From positions 254,994 through 318,993 of the forward strand of contig NW_004798006.1 of assembly GCF_000002075.1 (NCBI RefSeq): a stretch of DNA of 64,000 bases. The letters run 5' to 3'. A model generated the notes under the pieces. It worked only from the letters and a program-made list of their open reading frames with translations, did not search any database and was not told where the DNA came from. Both the position numbers and the translations under genes were made by a program. Positions within the stretch are counted from its first letter, which is position 1, and each line of letters begins with the position of its first letter. Shown here one piece after another: positions 61,499-64,000 of this stretch. This DNA comes from Aplysia californica (Eukaryota).

Positions 61499-61627
61499 CT
61501 AAGAGTGATTTACTTTCGACGTATATTTTCTGTTACAGCAATGCGGAAATATGGCGGTCTTATAATGAGGTTTGACTGTAAATATTGTCTGTTGAGTGTT
61601 TGAGTAAATTTATAATATCACATCAGA

Positions 61628-62800
61628 GTGGGTTGGCGGGTGCTGTGGTGTGGTTTGCTCCTTCTTTTCTACCAAACATCTATCATCCTTATAATCTCAC
61701 CTCCTTGTTTTTTGAGTTTGTTAATTGTAACACCTCTAATCTTCGTCGACACTTGTGTTGTTGCAAGCTCCGTAAAACTCTTTCTAAAAACAAAGAAAGA
61801 GTGGATAGTTATTTAATTTCTTTTCTTTCCTCTTCTAAATGACAGATGGGTAGGAGAAAGAGAAGAGCAGTCTGCTCCCAGAGACCTCCCCTGATTTTTC
61901 TGAACAGCCCAACAGACGAACCAGCTCCTCTCCAGTCCCCAGACATGGCGGTAGAGAATCCACTGACTGCCAAGACAGTTCCATTTGATGAAACCATCGC
62001 ATGGGTATTACTACATTTCTTCTTTTTTTTTTTATTATCAGGGGTGATGTCATTATCAGCTGTTATTTTCCCACTGTTATTTATGATAAATTTCCGTTGT
62101 TTCCACTGAAAAGAACAGCCTTTATTCTCACCATTTGGTGGGTGATCTGGTGTGGTTTGCTCCTTGTTTCCTACCAAACATCTTCTATCGTCCTGATCTC
62201 TCCTCCTTTTATGTGTTTGTTAGCTGGGCCCCCTTTCGATGAAAGGATTGATCGGTGCATTAACATCAACTGAAAGTCATTAGCCTATTATATTTACACT
62301 CTACTGGAATGGAGCAATAAATCTTGAGAGAAAAGTGACACATGTGTTTCCAAGTTGCCAAATATATTATAATAGATGTTATAGATCGATTGTCTACTCC
62401 GCTTTCGTGGTTGTACACTCCAGAGTTTCAAAGGTGTGCAATCAGTGTCGCACGGCAAGTGAATGGAAACCTCACTGACTTGTTTACAGTGGCGTCTTAG
62501 AAGACGGACTTTCCCAAGATTAGAACTCTGTGTGGACGAAACAAAGCATTTTGGAAAAATCGGGGAAAGCAGTTTGCGTGGATTTTTTAAAGTTAAGTCC
62601 TAGCCACATGGATGCTGTGAACACCTGCAAAGTTTCAAAGGTGTGGGTTAGGTAATAAGGGAGGAGTTTGTGCACAAGGCCTTCCAAGAATCCAAATCCA
62701 CTTTCATAAATAGATTATAAATATCTCGTAACGCCTCTAATCTTTGGCACTTATGACCTTATTGTATTGCAGGTGCTGTAAAACTCTTACTAACACAAAC
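61628..62800 (+). mobile_element. Family A copies in RHNO1 introns (61628-61790; 62140-62220 plus 62725-62800, probably one split copy)
   Basis: Same consensus on the plus strand. Confidence 0.8.
61846..62004 (+). CDS. RHNO1: RHINO (RAD9-HUS1-RAD1 interacting nuclear orphan)-like, first coding exon
   Basis: ATG directly after a polypyrimidine/AG acceptor. MGRRKRRAVCSQRPPLIFLNSP...TIAW resembles human MPPRKKRRQPSQKAPLLF...TITSW as I recall it. GT donor follows the W codon. Confidence 0.75.
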
Positions 62801-63965
62801 TCTCAACTTTTGTTTTCTGTTGAACCTGATATTAGTTCAAGTGTCTGTTGAGTGGCTTTTTTGCTGCTGCTGCTGTTGTCGCTAAAATGTGACTTTTTAA
62901 ATTTCCAGTTATATAAATTTTCACAAATTTGCTAGTGGCACCCCTGGATCTTGTACACCGGTGATAAAATAGCAATCGTATGTGCTGGAATTTGGTCAAT
63001 TACTAGTCCTCATTTAAAATGTCAGTGTAATAATAATTAGGCTTAATTATTGATCATGCTGGACTATGGAGCGGATGGCCTGGTTCAAATCCCAGACAAA
63101 GCGTTCTTGAACTCGGGTCATTTTGAGGAGCTTTCAAGGCTCTCAACAAACCAATTAGCTTGATATTTTTTGGAAAGGAGGAAGTTTGGAGATCCTGTCT
63201 CTTAAATAACTTAAGTGTTGAAAGGGCAGTAAAAGCATACACTTATGTCAGATATAATTGCCCTGACCTAATAGTAAAGGTGGTGGGTTCTATTTTCCTT
63301 CATATGTTCGATAATTACATTCCGTAAGTTAATTACATTATTTTCTCCGAAATTGTTGGTCTTATTGGTGGTTGTATAATGTAGATGAAGAAAATGTCAG
63401 ACTATAAAGATTAATTCATGAATAGAAGAGATGTAGACCTACACCTGGAATAGAAAATGACGAGAGTTGTCTACTGAATTGTGTCACGACAGTGGAATCA
63501 GGCGCTCATCAATTTTTGGGCATATGGAGTTATTGACCAGTATAATCTTAAAGCTTGTTCATTTGTCTTGCTTTTGATGAAAAAATACCTACCTATTCTA
63601 ATCTTGAATAGAAGTCAAAGATTGAAGTAGGTGGGGGTCACCTGGTGTCAGAGGTACAATTAGCAAGAAAATGATCACCAAAATTTGGTGACTTCCAAAG
63701 CTTGAGTGTCCTGGGAAACTGCAAATTTACCATTTTCCAGCCTTCTGTCAATCGCAATGTTCTTCACAGTATAATCCTCTCAGAAATGTGATTTTAAATG
63801 GACTTAAAGATGTTGCACAAAAATTTTTTTTTATAAAAATTGCCCAACGGGAGGGGAAAAGGTTGATTTCTTTCATTTTGTACTTTTGATGAACGTCTTA
63901 TGTCACCGCAATGACACACAGTTTGTTTTTCCTTTATTAATGGTTATTTTTTCTTTTTGGCGCAG

Positions 63966-64000
63966 GTCTCCCCACAGTTTCGGAACACAGAGCCATACTA
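63966..64000 (+). CDS. RHNO1: RHINO-like second coding exon (runs off window)
   Basis: Strong acceptor (ttttttctttttggcgcag) then VSPQFRNTEPY, completing W|VSPQF, the RHINO SWVSP(D/Q)F motif. Confidence 0.72.

Overview
This is eukaryotic (animal, probably invertebrate; taxon not determinable here) genomic DNA with several N gaps. It is not prokaryotic, so most of the supplied ORF track is noise. By reading splice sites I reconstructed four spliced genes in alternating orientation. APIP lies on the minus strand (first three coding exons visible) head-to-head with a complete 10-exon PDHX/E3BP on the plus strand (487 aa). A complete 7-exon MOB3 on the minus strand (219 aa) is divergent from the 5' part of an RHNO1/RHINO-like gene on the plus strand. 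Introns and intergenic DNA are crowded with repeats: CORE-like and Meta-like tRNA-SINEs, Sola1-like, piggyBac-, Harbinger-, hAT- and Tc1-like MITEs, a 3.5-kb MULE-like element with a 9-bp TSD, and many tandem arrays. The most unusual signal is a ~180-nt retroposed element (family A, roughly 35 copies or fragments by eye). It has no tRNA head, a sharp GTGGGT 5' end, a covarying 3' stem-loop, an (ACTAA)n tail and TSDs. Every intronic copy I found is in the sense orientation of its host gene, flipping strand with each of the four genes, and many sit beside splice sites. A second theme is tandem duplication of splice-site sequence that creates decoy acceptors and donors. Repeat boundaries and copy counts are by eye and approximate.
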